Shown in pieces: positions 7,940 through 16,692 of a DNA stretch of 29,789 nt. Numbering within the stretch: position 1 is the first letter of the stretch; the number at the start of each line of letters is the position of its first letter. The notes beneath the pieces are model-generated. The model made no database searches. It was not told where the DNA came from and worked only from the letters and a program-made list of their open reading frames with translations. The stretch is from the NCBI GenBank assembly GCA_016935765.1, contig JAFGQG010000049.1, positions 1-29,789 of the forward strand, read 5' to 3'. A program made the translations under genes and the position numbers. Source of the stretch: a bacterium (GTDB lineage Bacteria; UBP14; UBA6098; JAFGQG01).

Positions 7940-8014
7940 TGGCCCCAACGGGATTTGAACCCGTGTTACCGGCTTGAGAGGCCAGCGTCCTGAGCCGGGC
8001 TAGACGATAGGGCC
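7940..8014 (-). tRNA. tRNA-Glu (anticodon CUC)
   Basis: The reverse complement reads GGCCCTATCGTCTAGCCCGGCTCAGGACGCTGGCCTCTCAAGCCGGTAACACGGGTTCAAATCCCGTTGGGGCCA. It has a 7-bp acceptor stem, D-arm TCGTCTAG...CAGGAC, anticodon stem CTGGC/GCCGG with loop CTCTCAA (anticodon CTC) and T-arm GGTTCAAATCC. CCA is not encoded. Confidence 0.8.
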
Positions 8015-8227
8015 ATTTTCAATCAAATCAAATGTCGAAGAAAAAGATAACCATATATAATTTGATGTCAATTTAAATTTATCTCTTTCTAACTAAATAA
8101 AGTTCAACAAACCCTTAGAATATCCAATATTTTTCTTGACTAATAACCTTTATCAATTAGTTTATTGACAATTTTTTTTTATTATTTATTTTAATATCTT
8201 GTTATAAGGTATGATTCAGGAGGAGAA

Positions 8228-8605
8228 ATGTCAGATGCATTAATAAGAAAAGTAGAAAAGGAATATACGAGCAAAGAAATTCCTGATTTCAACGTAGGGG
8301 ATACTATCAAGGTAAGCGTGAAGATCAGGGAGGGGGAAAAGGAAAGGACGCAGGTATTTGGCGGTATCGTTATTAGCAAGAGAGGAAAGGGTACGGGCAC
8401 TTCTTTCACGGTCAGAAAAGTCAGTTCAGGCGTTGGTGTGGAAAGGGTGTTTCCACTTTACTCACCTAATATCGATAAGATAGAAAGAGTCAAAGAAGGT
8501 AAAATCAGGAGGGCAAAACTATACTATTTGCGAGATAAAGTTGGAAAGTCTGCCAAGGTAAAGCAGAAAAAGAGAACAACAAGTAAACCTTCTAGTAACT
8601 CATAA
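8228..8605 (+). CDS. rplS: 50S ribosomal protein L19
   Basis: 125 aa with AGGAGG 5 nt upstream. Hallmarks are [32 protein letters not shown]....FTVRK...[34 protein letters not shown]. Confidence 0.95.
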   Translation: MSDALIRKVEKEYTSKEIPDFNVGDTIKVSVKIREGEKERTQVFGGIVISKRGKGTGTSFTVRKVSSGVGVERVFPLYSPNIDKIERVKEGKIRRAKLYYLRDKVGKSAKVKQKKRTTSKPSSNS

Positions 8606-8614
8606 ATTTAAAAA

Positions 8615-9265
8615 GTGCAAGAAAAAAATCTTCCTTCTTTGTTTAACAGCCGGTCAGAGTCTGTCGTTTCCTCTATTGAATTAAAGCTGTTATCTTCCGA
8701 TAAGTCGCCCTTTGCGGGGGTAGACGAAGCAGGACGAGGTCCATTAGCGGGACCTGTAGTAGCGGCTGCAGTCGTATGGGATTATTCGATAGGTTTTGAT
8801 AGAATTAACGATTCTAAAGCGCTGACGACGAAAAGGAGACTCAATGTTTTTGAATATATTCTCGAAAACGCAAGGGCTGTGGAAATCAGCATAATACCTC
8901 CTTCGGTTATCGATGGAATAAACATCAAACAGTCTTCTCTGCTCGCAATGCGGCTGGCAATATCAAAGCTTACAATCCCGCCGCGACTGGCGTTGATTGA
9001 CGGCATCGACAAGATCCCCGGTTTAAATATCGAACAAGTTCCCGTGATACACGGAGACAGGATGGTCAAGGTCATAAGCGCTGCTTCGGTAGTAGCAAAG
9101 GTCGTCAGGGATTCTATGATGGAGAGTTATGCAGCAATTTATCCCGGTTACCACTTTGATCAGCATAAGGGCTATCCCACAAGTGTGCATAAGTCTCTGT
9201 TAGAGCGAAACGGCATCACTCCGATTCACAGAACAACATATAGAGGAGTGAAACACTTAACATAG
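8615..9265 (+). CDS. rnhB: Ribonuclease HII
   Basis: Signature FAGVDEAGRGPLAGPVVAAAVV (DEAGRG catalytic motif), with downstream ...DSK.L....R... and HKGYP...H. It is adjacent to rplS, the conserved rplS-rnhB synteny. The ORF track starts at GTG 8615, and ~30 aa precede the motif, so the true start is uncertain. Confidence 0.88.
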   Translation: MQEKNLPSLFNSRSESVVSSIELKLLSSDKSPFAGVDEAGRGPLAGPVVAAAVVWDYSIGFDRINDSKALTTKRRLNVFEYILENARAVEISIIPPSVIDGINIKQSSLLAMRLAISKLTIPPRLALIDGIDKIPGLNIEQVPVIHGDRMVKVISAASVVAKVVRDSMMESYAAIYPGYHFDQHKGYPTSVHKSLLERNGITPIHRTTYRGVKHLT

Positions 9266-9281
9266 AAAAAAAGCCATAATA

Positions 9282-10628
9282 ATGAAAATAATAAGCCGAT
9301 ACGTAGTAAAAGAGTACATAGCGCCGTTTTTTGGGGCTTTGTTTGTAGTCCTTTTCGTTCTCATACTTGATTACATACTAAAAATGCTGAAGCTGATAAT
9401 TCAGAAGGGGGTTGATCCAGCAGTAGTCCTTAAATTCTTCGGGCTGAGTCTCGCCTGGATGGTAATACTCGCTTCTCCGATGGCGATCCTTGTCGCAACT
9501 ATGATGGTGTTCGGTAAAATGTCAGAAGATGGCGAGATTATCGCACTCAAAGCTCTTGGGTACCCATTTTACAAACTGATCCTGCCGCCGCTGCTTGTTT
9601 GTTCTCTCCTGACCGTCAGTTTGTTCATATTCAACGACCTTGTTCTTCCTGAGGCGAACCACGAGGCGCGTATGCTGATTTCCGATATCAAGCGAAAAAA
9701 ACCATCCATATTCCTCAAGGAAGGAGTCGTGATAGATGAGTTCCCCGGTATAAAGATGATGGTTAACAAAATTGATTTCAAGACTTCGGAACTGAACGAA
9801 ATTACCATTTTCGATGAAGAAGGCAGGAATTTCCCCCGTATCATCACTGCTGATTCGGGTATAATGAATTATTCCGAAGAAGAGGATGCTGTTACTTTTA
9901 AGCTATATAACGGGGAGATCCACGAAGTTGACGAAGAGGATCCCGCGCTCTACACAAAAACAGTCTTTGAGGAACAGATAATCAGGATACAGGAGCTGGG
10001 AGTTAAACTAGAACACAAGGAATCCGGAAGGCGTGGCGACAGGGAAATGAGAACCGAACAGATGAAAGAGTTGATAGATGAAAGAAAAGACAGGATTGAA
10101 AGCACTCAGGACAAAATGGTTTTAGTAGTAGAGAACGCCATCGATTTTGTGTTAAATCCTCACGATAACAAGCCTCCCCCTTCCAACAAAAGCGCGGCAG
10201 AGAAAGCGTACTCAAGGAATAAGAATATATACCTTCAATTAAAATCCAGGAACAACGTAATTTTAGGGGCGCAAAGCCGGATAAATAAATTACTGGTTGA
10301 GATCCACAAGAAGTTTTCCATCCCGTTCGCTTGCCTGGTGTTTCTCTTGTTAGGCGCGCCGGTTGGTGTTATGGGGAGGAAAGGGGGAATCGCTGCCGCT
10401 ACCGGCTTATCCATTGGGTTTTTTCTCATCTATTGGGCGTTCCTGATCGGCGGCGAAGAACTTGCCGACAGGGGAATTATCTCGCCCTTCTTCGGAATGT
10501 GGAACGGGAACATTCTGCTCACCTTACTTGGATTGTACCTCATTTATTGGACCACTCAGGAAGTGCACTTCATCGACTGGGAAAAGCTTAGGTTTTGGAA
10601 AAAAGTAAAGGAAGAAAAAAGAAAATAA
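9282..10628 (+). CDS. LptF/LptG-family LPS export permease (YjgP/YjgQ)
   Basis: 448 aa. The N-terminus IISRYVVKEYIAPFFGALFVVLFVLILDYIL......LLKFFGLSLAWMVILASPMAILVATMMVFGKMSEDGEIIALKALGYPFYKLILP matches the YjgP/YjgQ permease pattern. There is a ~200-aa periplasmic insert and three C-terminal TM helices. Confidence 0.85.
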   Translation: MKIISRYVVKEYIAPFFGALFVVLFVLILDYILKMLKLIIQKGVDPAVVLKFFGLSLAWMVILASPMAILVATMMVFGKMSEDGEIIALKALGYPFYKLILPPLLVCSLLTVSLFIFNDLVLPEANHEARMLISDIKRKKPSIFLKEGVVIDEFPGIKMMVNKIDFKTSELNEITIFDEEGRNFPRIITADSGIMNYSEEEDAVTFKLYNGEIHEVDEEDPALYTKTVFEEQIIRIQELGVKLEHKESGRRGDREMRTEQMKELIDERKDRIESTQDKMVLVVENAIDFVLNPHDNKPPPSNKSAAEKAYSRNKNIYLQLKSRNNVILGAQSRINKLLVEIHKKFSIPFACLVFLLLGAPVGVMGRKGGIAAATGLSIGFFLIYWAFLIGGEELADRGIISPFFGMWNGNILLTLLGLYLIYWTTQEVHFIDWEKLRFWKKVKEEKRK

Positions 10629-10867
10629 GAAAATGGAAAAAATTTGTAGCCGCAGGTTTTTAGACTGGGCTGGCAAAGAATGGAAAAAAATACGAAACTA
10701 AGTATGAAAACAATTTAATATTATGATTACAGTTATTAATTGTATAATATATCCATAATGAAGAGAAAGAATCAATCTTGACAATACTATTTAAGAACAT
10801 AAATTAAAATATGAAGAATATATCGAGAAAAGGAAATAAAATTAAAGGAATATAAAAGGAGGTTAAA

Positions 10868-11614
10868 ATGACAGGTTTATTAATTATAATAGTCCTGGCT
10901 ATTATAATCCTTGGCTCAATGATCAGAGTACTGAAGGAATATGAGAGAGGGGTTATATTCAGGCTGGGCAGGATCGTTGCGGTAAAGGGTCCAGGTCTGA
11001 TAATACTTATCCCGCTTATCGACAGGATGCAGAAAGTGAGCTTGAGGACTGTGGTAATGGACGTACCCCCACAGGACGTAATTACGAAGGACAATGTCTC
11101 TGTGAAGGTAAACGCGGTGGTATATTTCAGGGTCATGGATCCTGAGAAGGCTGTAAAAGAGGTCGAGAATTACATGTATGCTACTTCTCAGCTTGCGCAG
11201 ACCACACTGAGGTCCGTTCTTGGAGGGAGCGTTCTGGATGAATTGCTGTCAGCTCGCGATAAAATTAATGATGAGCTGCAGGAAATTATCGACACCGCAA
11301 GTGATCCCTGGGGCATCAAGGTGTCCAATGTGGAGGTAAAGCATGTAGATTTACCGGTTGAAATGCAGAGGGCTATGGCAGCTCAAGCAGAGGCGGAAAG
11401 GGAAAGAAGAGCAAAAGTTATTGCGGCTCAAGGTGAATTCCAGGCTTCTGAAAAGTTAGGGCAAGCAGCAGAAATCCTTACTAAAAATCCGGCTGCATTA
11501 CAATTGAGATACCTGCAAACTCTTGCCATGATCGCAGCAGAGAATAATTCCACAACAATATTTCCAATACCAATTGAACTCCTTACACCATTCATCAAAA
11601 AGCATTCTGAATAG
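10868..11614 (+). CDS. SPFH/Band-7 (stomatin-like, QmcA/YbbK-type) membrane protein
   Basis: GGAGG RBS. N-terminal TM, then the stomatin core [77 protein letters not shown].....[11 protein letters not shown] and a coiled-coil [21 protein letters not shown]. Confidence 0.9.
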   Translation: MTGLLIIIVLAIIILGSMIRVLKEYERGVIFRLGRIVAVKGPGLIILIPLIDRMQKVSLRTVVMDVPPQDVITKDNVSVKVNAVVYFRVMDPEKAVKEVENYMYATSQLAQTTLRSVLGGSVLDELLSARDKINDELQEIIDTASDPWGIKVSNVEVKHVDLPVEMQRAMAAQAEAERERRAKVIAAQGEFQASEKLGQAAEILTKNPAALQLRYLQTLAMIAAENNSTTIFPIPIELLTPFIKKHSE

Positions 11615-11663
11615 AAAAGGAAACACTATAAAGCTGAGAATAAAGTAATCGAATAAGCAAATA

Positions 11664-11909
11664 CTAAAGGTCTTCCTGGTTGAAAGCTATGCAAGTTACC
11701 GTCTTCTGTATCCCAGTGATTTTCCTGATCTGGTTTGTGATGGAATTTCTCAACGTATGCCAATTCTCGCCCTCGACGTAGCAGATAATATCATGAAGAC
11801 CGGTAACGATATGAGCATTTGCAACGCCGGGAATGTTTTTAAGGTTTTTGACCACATCAACTTCACGACCTGTATCGACATTGATAAATAGATATGCACC
11901 AGCGCTCAT
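11664..11909 (-). CDS. Stand-alone Lrp/AsnC ligand-binding (RAM) domain protein
   Basis: 81 aa. AYLFINVDTGREVDVVKNLKNIPGVANAHIVTGLHDIICYVEGENWHTLRNSI.NQIRKI.GIQKTVTCIAF fits the AsnC_trans_reg RAM-domain pattern. There is no N-terminal HTH. AGGAGG RBS on the minus strand. Confidence 0.7.
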   Translation of the reverse strand: MSAGAYLFINVDTGREVDVVKNLKNIPGVANAHIVTGLHDIICYVEGENWHTLRNSITNQIRKITGIQKTVTCIAFNQEDL

Positions 11910-12042
11910 TTAATACCTCCTTGTTGTTTGATGGTAGCAATGAATACTAAAATATCGTTGTTTGACTAATTACAAATGATAAAAATAAATAATTATTTCA
12001 CAGAAGGCAAGTTAAAAACGAATTCAATAAAGGTAGAAAATC

Positions 12043-13314
12043 ATGTTAGATATAAAGTTTATCAGGGATAACATCGACAGGGTTAAGAAAGCCTGCAGGG
12101 ATAAAAATGAAGATGCGGATATTAATATGCTTATCCAGATTGATCAGGAAAGGCGGCAATTTATAAAAGAGGTGGATTCTCTTCGTGAGAAAAACAATAA
12201 AATTGCATCGGAAATAGGGGAATTAGTCCGGTCAGGGCAGGACATATCGAATCTAAAAGATGAAGCAAAAGCCATCTCGAACCAGATAAAGGATAAGGAG
12301 CAGGAACTAAAGGAACTGCAAGCCAAGCTGGATTTACTGTTATTGAAGGTACCTAACATACCCGACCCTAGCGTTCCGGTGGGTTTTAATGAAGAACAAA
12401 ATCTTGATATCAGTGAATACGGCGGGAAACCTCAATACGATTTCGAAGTGAGGGATCACTATTTTCTCGGTGAAGTCCTTGACATTCTGGACTTTAAGAG
12501 GGGGGCCAAGATCGCGGGGTCATTCTTCCCGATGTACAAGGGTGACGGAGCTCACCTGAAAAGAGCGCTGATAAATTTCATGTTCGAGGTTCACACACTT
12601 GAACATGGTTATACAGAAGTTTCACCGCCCTTCCTGGCGAACAGGGATTCAATGACCGGAACCGGACAGCTTCCCAAATTAGAGAATGACATGTACTACG
12701 TGGAATCTGACGATCTTTTTCTTATACCCACCGGAGAAGTCCCTGTTACCAATATCTACAGGGATGAGTATATTCCCGAGGCAAAACTCCCTGTTAAATT
12801 CGTTACATATACTCCTTGCTTTCGCCGGGAAGCCGGGGCTTATGGAAAAGACACCAAGGGTTTGATAAGGGTGCACCAGTTCGATAAGGTGGAGTTGGTA
12901 AAGTTCACTCACCCGGAAAGTTCATACGATGAGCATGAAAACCTTTTAAAGGACGCCGAGAATATCCTTCAGAGACTCGGATTGCATTACCGGGTGCGTT
13001 TATTATGTACGGGCGACCTGAGTTTCTCCGCCGCCAAATGCTACGATATAGAGGTATGGGCTCCGGGGACCGGGAAGTATCTCGAAGTATCATCCTGTTC
13101 CAACTTTGAGGATTTTCAAGCCAGAAGGGCAAGTATAAAGTTTAAATCGAAAGCCACTGGAAAATCGGAATACGTTCACACGTTAAACGCTTCGGGAGTG
13201 GCTTTGCCGCGGTTGGTTATAGCCATATTAGAGACTTACCAGACCAAGAACGGTAAAATTAATGTGCCGGATTGCCTGAAGAAATATTTTAACGGGAAAG
13301 AGATAATTGGCTAA
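12043..13314 (+). CDS. serS: Seryl-tRNA synthetase
   Basis: 423 aa. N-terminal coiled-coil arm, then class II core motifs (FRREAGAYGKDTKGLIRVHQFDKVE, GLHYRV, NASGVALPR). Confidence 0.95.
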   Translation: MLDIKFIRDNIDRVKKACRDKNEDADINMLIQIDQERRQFIKEVDSLREKNNKIASEIGELVRSGQDISNLKDEAKAISNQIKDKEQELKELQAKLDLLLLKVPNIPDPSVPVGFNEEQNLDISEYGGKPQYDFEVRDHYFLGEVLDILDFKRGAKIAGSFFPMYKGDGAHLKRALINFMFEVHTLEHGYTEVSPPFLANRDSMTGTGQLPKLENDMYYVESDDLFLIPTGEVPVTNIYRDEYIPEAKLPVKFVTYTPCFRREAGAYGKDTKGLIRVHQFDKVELVKFTHPESSYDEHENLLKDAENILQRLGLHYRVRLLCTGDLSFSAAKCYDIEVWAPGTGKYLEVSSCSNFEDFQARRASIKFKSKATGKSEYVHTLNASGVALPRLVIAILETYQTKNGKINVPDCLKKYFNGKEIIG

Positions 13315-14626
13315 AAGAGACCAGCATAAATTAAAACTCACTACTTCTGTCGTTTATAAGAAGTTCTCTTTAAGCTATAAAGTAGTGCTTTTAATCGCAT
13401 TTATCTTGTTGATCGCGTTCTTTTTCTATTATACTGAAAACGTTCGAAGTCAAATTATCGAATACAACAAGCGTATCGTCAATGTTTATGCGAGGTTATG
13501 GACATCTGCGGTGGCGCAGACCGTGGGTGGTGAAGAGCTGAATATTATCTTCGAGGAGATAATTTTAAAGTGTGATTTCCCCATGGTTTTCACAAACGTT
13601 GAAGGCCAGGTTACGAATTTCAGGAATCTCTCCATAGATCCTAGCGAGGTTAATCAGGATAACATTGAGAAACTGAACAAGGAACTTGATGATATTAAAA
13701 AGCAAAACAAGCCTGTACCTATTTATTTGGGCGATACCAGAGAGATATTAGGCTACATCTATTTCGGGGAATCTCGTTTCATACGGTGGCTGAGACTTCT
13801 GCCGATATTCGAAGTAATACTCTTAAGCGTTTTCATAATAATTGGATTCGCTATCTACGGGCGGATCAAGTCCTATGAACAGCAGAATATCTGGTTGGGG
13901 ATGGCACGTGAAACCGCTCATCAATTAGGAACGCCGCTTTCTTCTTTACTGGGCTGGATAGAGCTTCTCGAGGCAAGACTGGCTGAAATGGAGAAAAATT
14001 GTGAAATAGAACTCGCTAAGGTTGACCAGGATTCCAAAACCATGTCCCCCTACTATATTCTCGATGAGATGAAAAATGACATTGAATTATTGAACCGAAT
14101 CGTCGTCCGTTTCGGAAAGATCGGCTCAATACCCGATATCGAGGATATCGACGTAAACACTATAACCCAAGAGGTAGTCCAGTACCTGAAAGAGCGTCTT
14201 TCCCCCTTGAGAGAATACATCCAAATGACCGAGAGGTATACTAAGCTACCAAAAGCGCGGGGTAATTCATATTTACTTCGCTGGGCGCTCGAAAATCTTA
14301 TAAAAAATTCTATTGAAGCGATTGACACCCGGGAAGGAAAAATAAGCGTATCAACGAGGGTCGATCTGGAAGGTGAAAAAGTATGCATCATTGTGACGGA
14401 TAATGGGAGGGGTATACCATCAAAGGCGCAAAAAGACATATTCGCGCCCGGTTTTACTACAAAAAAACGCGGATGGGGATTAGGTCTTTCCCTGGCTAAA
14501 AGAATAGTCGAACAACAACAGAACGGCAAACTGTACCTTCTCGAAAGCAAGTCAGGTGAAAAAACAACTTTTGTAATAGCATTGCCTATCAAAGAAGGAG
14601 AGGAAATAAAAGATGAAGTCGACTAA
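13307..14626 (+). CDS. Sensor histidine kinase, PorY-like (two TM helices flanking a ~120-aa periplasmic loop, HisKA + HATPase_c)
   Basis: TM1 VVLLIAFILLIAFFFYY and TM2 ILLSVFIIIGFAIY. H-box ARETAHQLGTPLSSLLGW. N-box/G-boxes LENLIKNSIEAI, VTDNGRGIP, GWGLGLSLAKRIV. TTG start at 13307 overlaps the serS stop. The 3' end overlaps the next gene by 14 nt. Confidence 0.85.
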   Translation: MAKRDQHKLKLTTSVVYKKFSLSYKVVLLIAFILLIAFFFYYTENVRSQIIEYNKRIVNVYARLWTSAVAQTVGGEELNIIFEEIILKCDFPMVFTNVEGQVTNFRNLSIDPSEVNQDNIEKLNKELDDIKKQNKPVPIYLGDTREILGYIYFGESRFIRWLRLLPIFEVILLSVFIIIGFAIYGRIKSYEQQNIWLGMARETAHQLGTPLSSLLGWIELLEARLAEMEKNCEIELAKVDQDSKTMSPYYILDEMKNDIELLNRIVVRFGKIGSIPDIEDIDVNTITQEVVQYLKERLSPLREYIQMTERYTKLPKARGNSYLLRWALENLIKNSIEAIDTREGKISVSTRVDLEGEKVCIIVTDNGRGIPSKAQKDIFAPGFTTKKRGWGLGLSLAKRIVEQQQNGKLYLLESKSGEKTTFVIALPIKEGEEIKDEVD

Positions 14627-16178
14627 AAAAATACTATGGGTAGATGACGAAATAACCCAGTTAAGACCGCATATATTCTTTCTCGAGGAGAAAGGGTATA
14701 AAGTCACTCCCGCGTCAAATGGCAGGGATGCCATCGCGATGCTTGAAAAAAACGATTATGACATAGTTCTTCTGGACGAGATGATGCCGGGGCTGGATGG
14801 ATTATCAACTCTTGAAGAGATGAGAAAGATCGATGCCTTTATCCCCGTTATTATGATAACTAAAAGCGAGGAAGAAGGACTTATGGAGCAGGCGATCGGA
14901 AAGGAGATCACGGACTACCTCATTAAGCCGGTAAACCCGAAGCAGATTTTGCTTTCCCTTAAACGACTGTTCGAAACGAGACAAATAGTGCAGGAAGAGA
15001 TCGTTAAAAAATATACAACAGAATACAGAAGATATTCAGTTGAACTGACCTCCATTTCAACCCCTGAAGGCTGGTTCGAACTGGCAATGTGGATTGCGGA
15101 TTGGAACGTTATTTTCGACAAGCATCCCAACCTCGGTCTTACGGAATCGCATAAGGATTTCACACGCGAATGCAACGTTGAATTCGGTAAATACATTGAA
15201 GGGAGCTATGTCAATTGGATATACGACGACCAGAGACCAACGATCTCAACAGATATTGTAAAGAAAAAAATGGCTCCCATAATGAGAGACGGCAAGAAAG
15301 CACTTCTTATGGTTATCGACTGCTTAAGGTTGGACCAGCTTTTGACAGTAAAAGGTTTATTGAACCAATATTTCGAACTGGATCTTGAACTCTATTTCTC
15401 TATTCTTCCGACAGCAACCCCATTCTCCAGGAACGCTATATTCAGTGGTCTGTTTCCCCTGGAACTCGCAAGGAAGTATCCCGAGCTATGGAGCCAGGCT
15501 TTCGCCGATCCCCAAAGCAGAAACAGGTATGAACACCAGCTGCTGGACAAGCAGTTAGCGAAACTTGATGTTGAAATCAAGGGAGATACTAAATACATAA
15601 AAATACTTGATCCTCAGGAAGGAGAATTCTTCCTGAAACACCTGCAAACTTATGCATCAGCGCCCCAATCATCAGTGGTCATTAACTTTCTCGATATTCT
15701 CGCTCATTCCAGATCAAGCTCCGACGTGATACAGGAGATCTCCCCGGACGAAAGGGCTTACCGAACGATAATGAAAACATGGTTCTCTAACTCCCCATTC
15801 TTCGAAGCGCTTAAAATATTATCTAAAAAAGACGATATTAAAATTATCATAACCACCGATCACGGCAGCACTATCGGACTTCGCGGAACAAAAGCTTATG
15901 GAGGAAAGGATACATCCCCATCCCTTCGGTATAAATATGGTAATAATCTCAACGCTGAAGCCAAGGACGCACTTATTATCAGAGACCCCAAGGAATATAA
16001 ACTCCCTGATTTCAACATGTCAACAACCTACATAATCGCCAAGGAAGATTACTTTTTCGTATATCCTTCAAACTTTGGGAAGTACGAACAGGAGTATAAA
16101 AACAGCATTCTCCATGGAGGCATTTCGCTAGAGGAGATGATAATTCCGGTAATGGTCCTGACACCTAGAAGCACCTAA
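14613..16178 (+). CDS. PorX-like response regulator: CheY-type receiver fused to a PglZ (alkaline-phosphatase-superfamily) domain
   Basis: RBS AAGGAGAGG. REC domain with ILWVDDE, phospho-acceptor in IVLLDEMMPGLDG and K in YLIKPV. The C-terminal ~380 aa carry PglZ-type motifs MVIDCLRLDQ, LPTATPFSRNAIFSG, IIITTDHGS and HGGISLEEM. The 521-aa length and REC-PglZ architecture match P. gingivalis PorX. Confidence 0.85.
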   Translation: MKSTKKILWVDDEITQLRPHIFFLEEKGYKVTPASNGRDAIAMLEKNDYDIVLLDEMMPGLDGLSTLEEMRKIDAFIPVIMITKSEEEGLMEQAIGKEITDYLIKPVNPKQILLSLKRLFETRQIVQEEIVKKYTTEYRRYSVELTSISTPEGWFELAMWIADWNVIFDKHPNLGLTESHKDFTRECNVEFGKYIEGSYVNWIYDDQRPTISTDIVKKKMAPIMRDGKKALLMVIDCLRLDQLLTVKGLLNQYFELDLELYFSILPTATPFSRNAIFSGLFPLELARKYPELWSQAFADPQSRNRYEHQLLDKQLAKLDVEIKGDTKYIKILDPQEGEFFLKHLQTYASAPQSSVVINFLDILAHSRSSSDVIQEISPDERAYRTIMKTWFSNSPFFEALKILSKKDDIKIIITTDHGSTIGLRGTKAYGGKDTSPSLRYKYGNNLNAEAKDALIIRDPKEYKLPDFNMSTTYIIAKEDYFFVYPSNFGKYEQEYKNSILHGGISLEEMIIPVMVLTPRST

Positions 16179-16230
16179 ACTGAACCTTTCACAAATTTCC
16201 GTCGACAAGCTGAATAAAGAATAAAAATAG

Positions 16231-16677
16231 ATGATTGCAGATTTAGGAACTATAAAAAACGAAAACGAATCCATAACCAATTCCCCGGAAGAGACCATAG
16301 ACCTTGGAATAAAGTTGGGAACCGGGCTTCAAGGCGGGGATGTTGTAGCGTTATACGGGAAACTTGGCGCTGGGAAAACTACGTTCGTAAAAGGCATTTG
16401 TGAATTGTTGAAAACCGAACCGCCATCCAGCCCGTCTTACGTGATAATCAACAACTATGTCGGCAGGGAAAATGTTTTCCACATCGATCTGTATCGCATA
16501 AATTCAGACGAAGAATTATATGATCTTGGTCTTGAGGAATACCTGTACAGCGACAGTGTATGTTTGGTAGAATGGGCTGAAAAGGCAAAATCCATCTTGC
16601 CAGAAAAGAGAATCGAAGTATATTTCGAAGTCGTTTCGAGAGAGACCAGAAAAATAAAAATATTAAAATATAGTTGA
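16231..16677 (+). CDS. tsaE: tRNA t6A37 threonylcarbamoyladenosine biosynthesis protein TsaE
   Basis: 148 aa. Walker-A VVALYGKLGAGKTTFVKG, downstream hydrophobic strand and VCLVEWAEK, the usual TsaE/YjeE layout. Confidence 0.8.
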   Translation: MIADLGTIKNENESITNSPEETIDLGIKLGTGLQGGDVVALYGKLGAGKTTFVKGICELLKTEPPSSPSYVIINNYVGRENVFHIDLYRINSDEELYDLGLEEYLYSDSVCLVEWAEKAKSILPEKRIEVYFEVVSRETRKIKILKYS

Positions 16678-16692
16678 CAGAAATGAGAATAT

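Noticed and set aside
8615-8700. N-terminal ~30-aa extension of RNase HII as a novel domain
   Set aside because: It is more likely an over-extended ORF from the GTG at 8615, and the true start may be internal. The extension has low complexity (Ser-rich).
14613-16178. PglZ domain as evidence of a BREX/PGL phage-defence locus
   Set aside because: The PglZ domain is fused to a CheY-type receiver, which is the PorX architecture, and is paired with a histidine kinase. There is no PglX methyltransferase, BrxC ATPase, BrxL/Lon or BrxA nearby. The class I SAM methyltransferase at 20606..21283 is small (225 aa) and not PglX-like.
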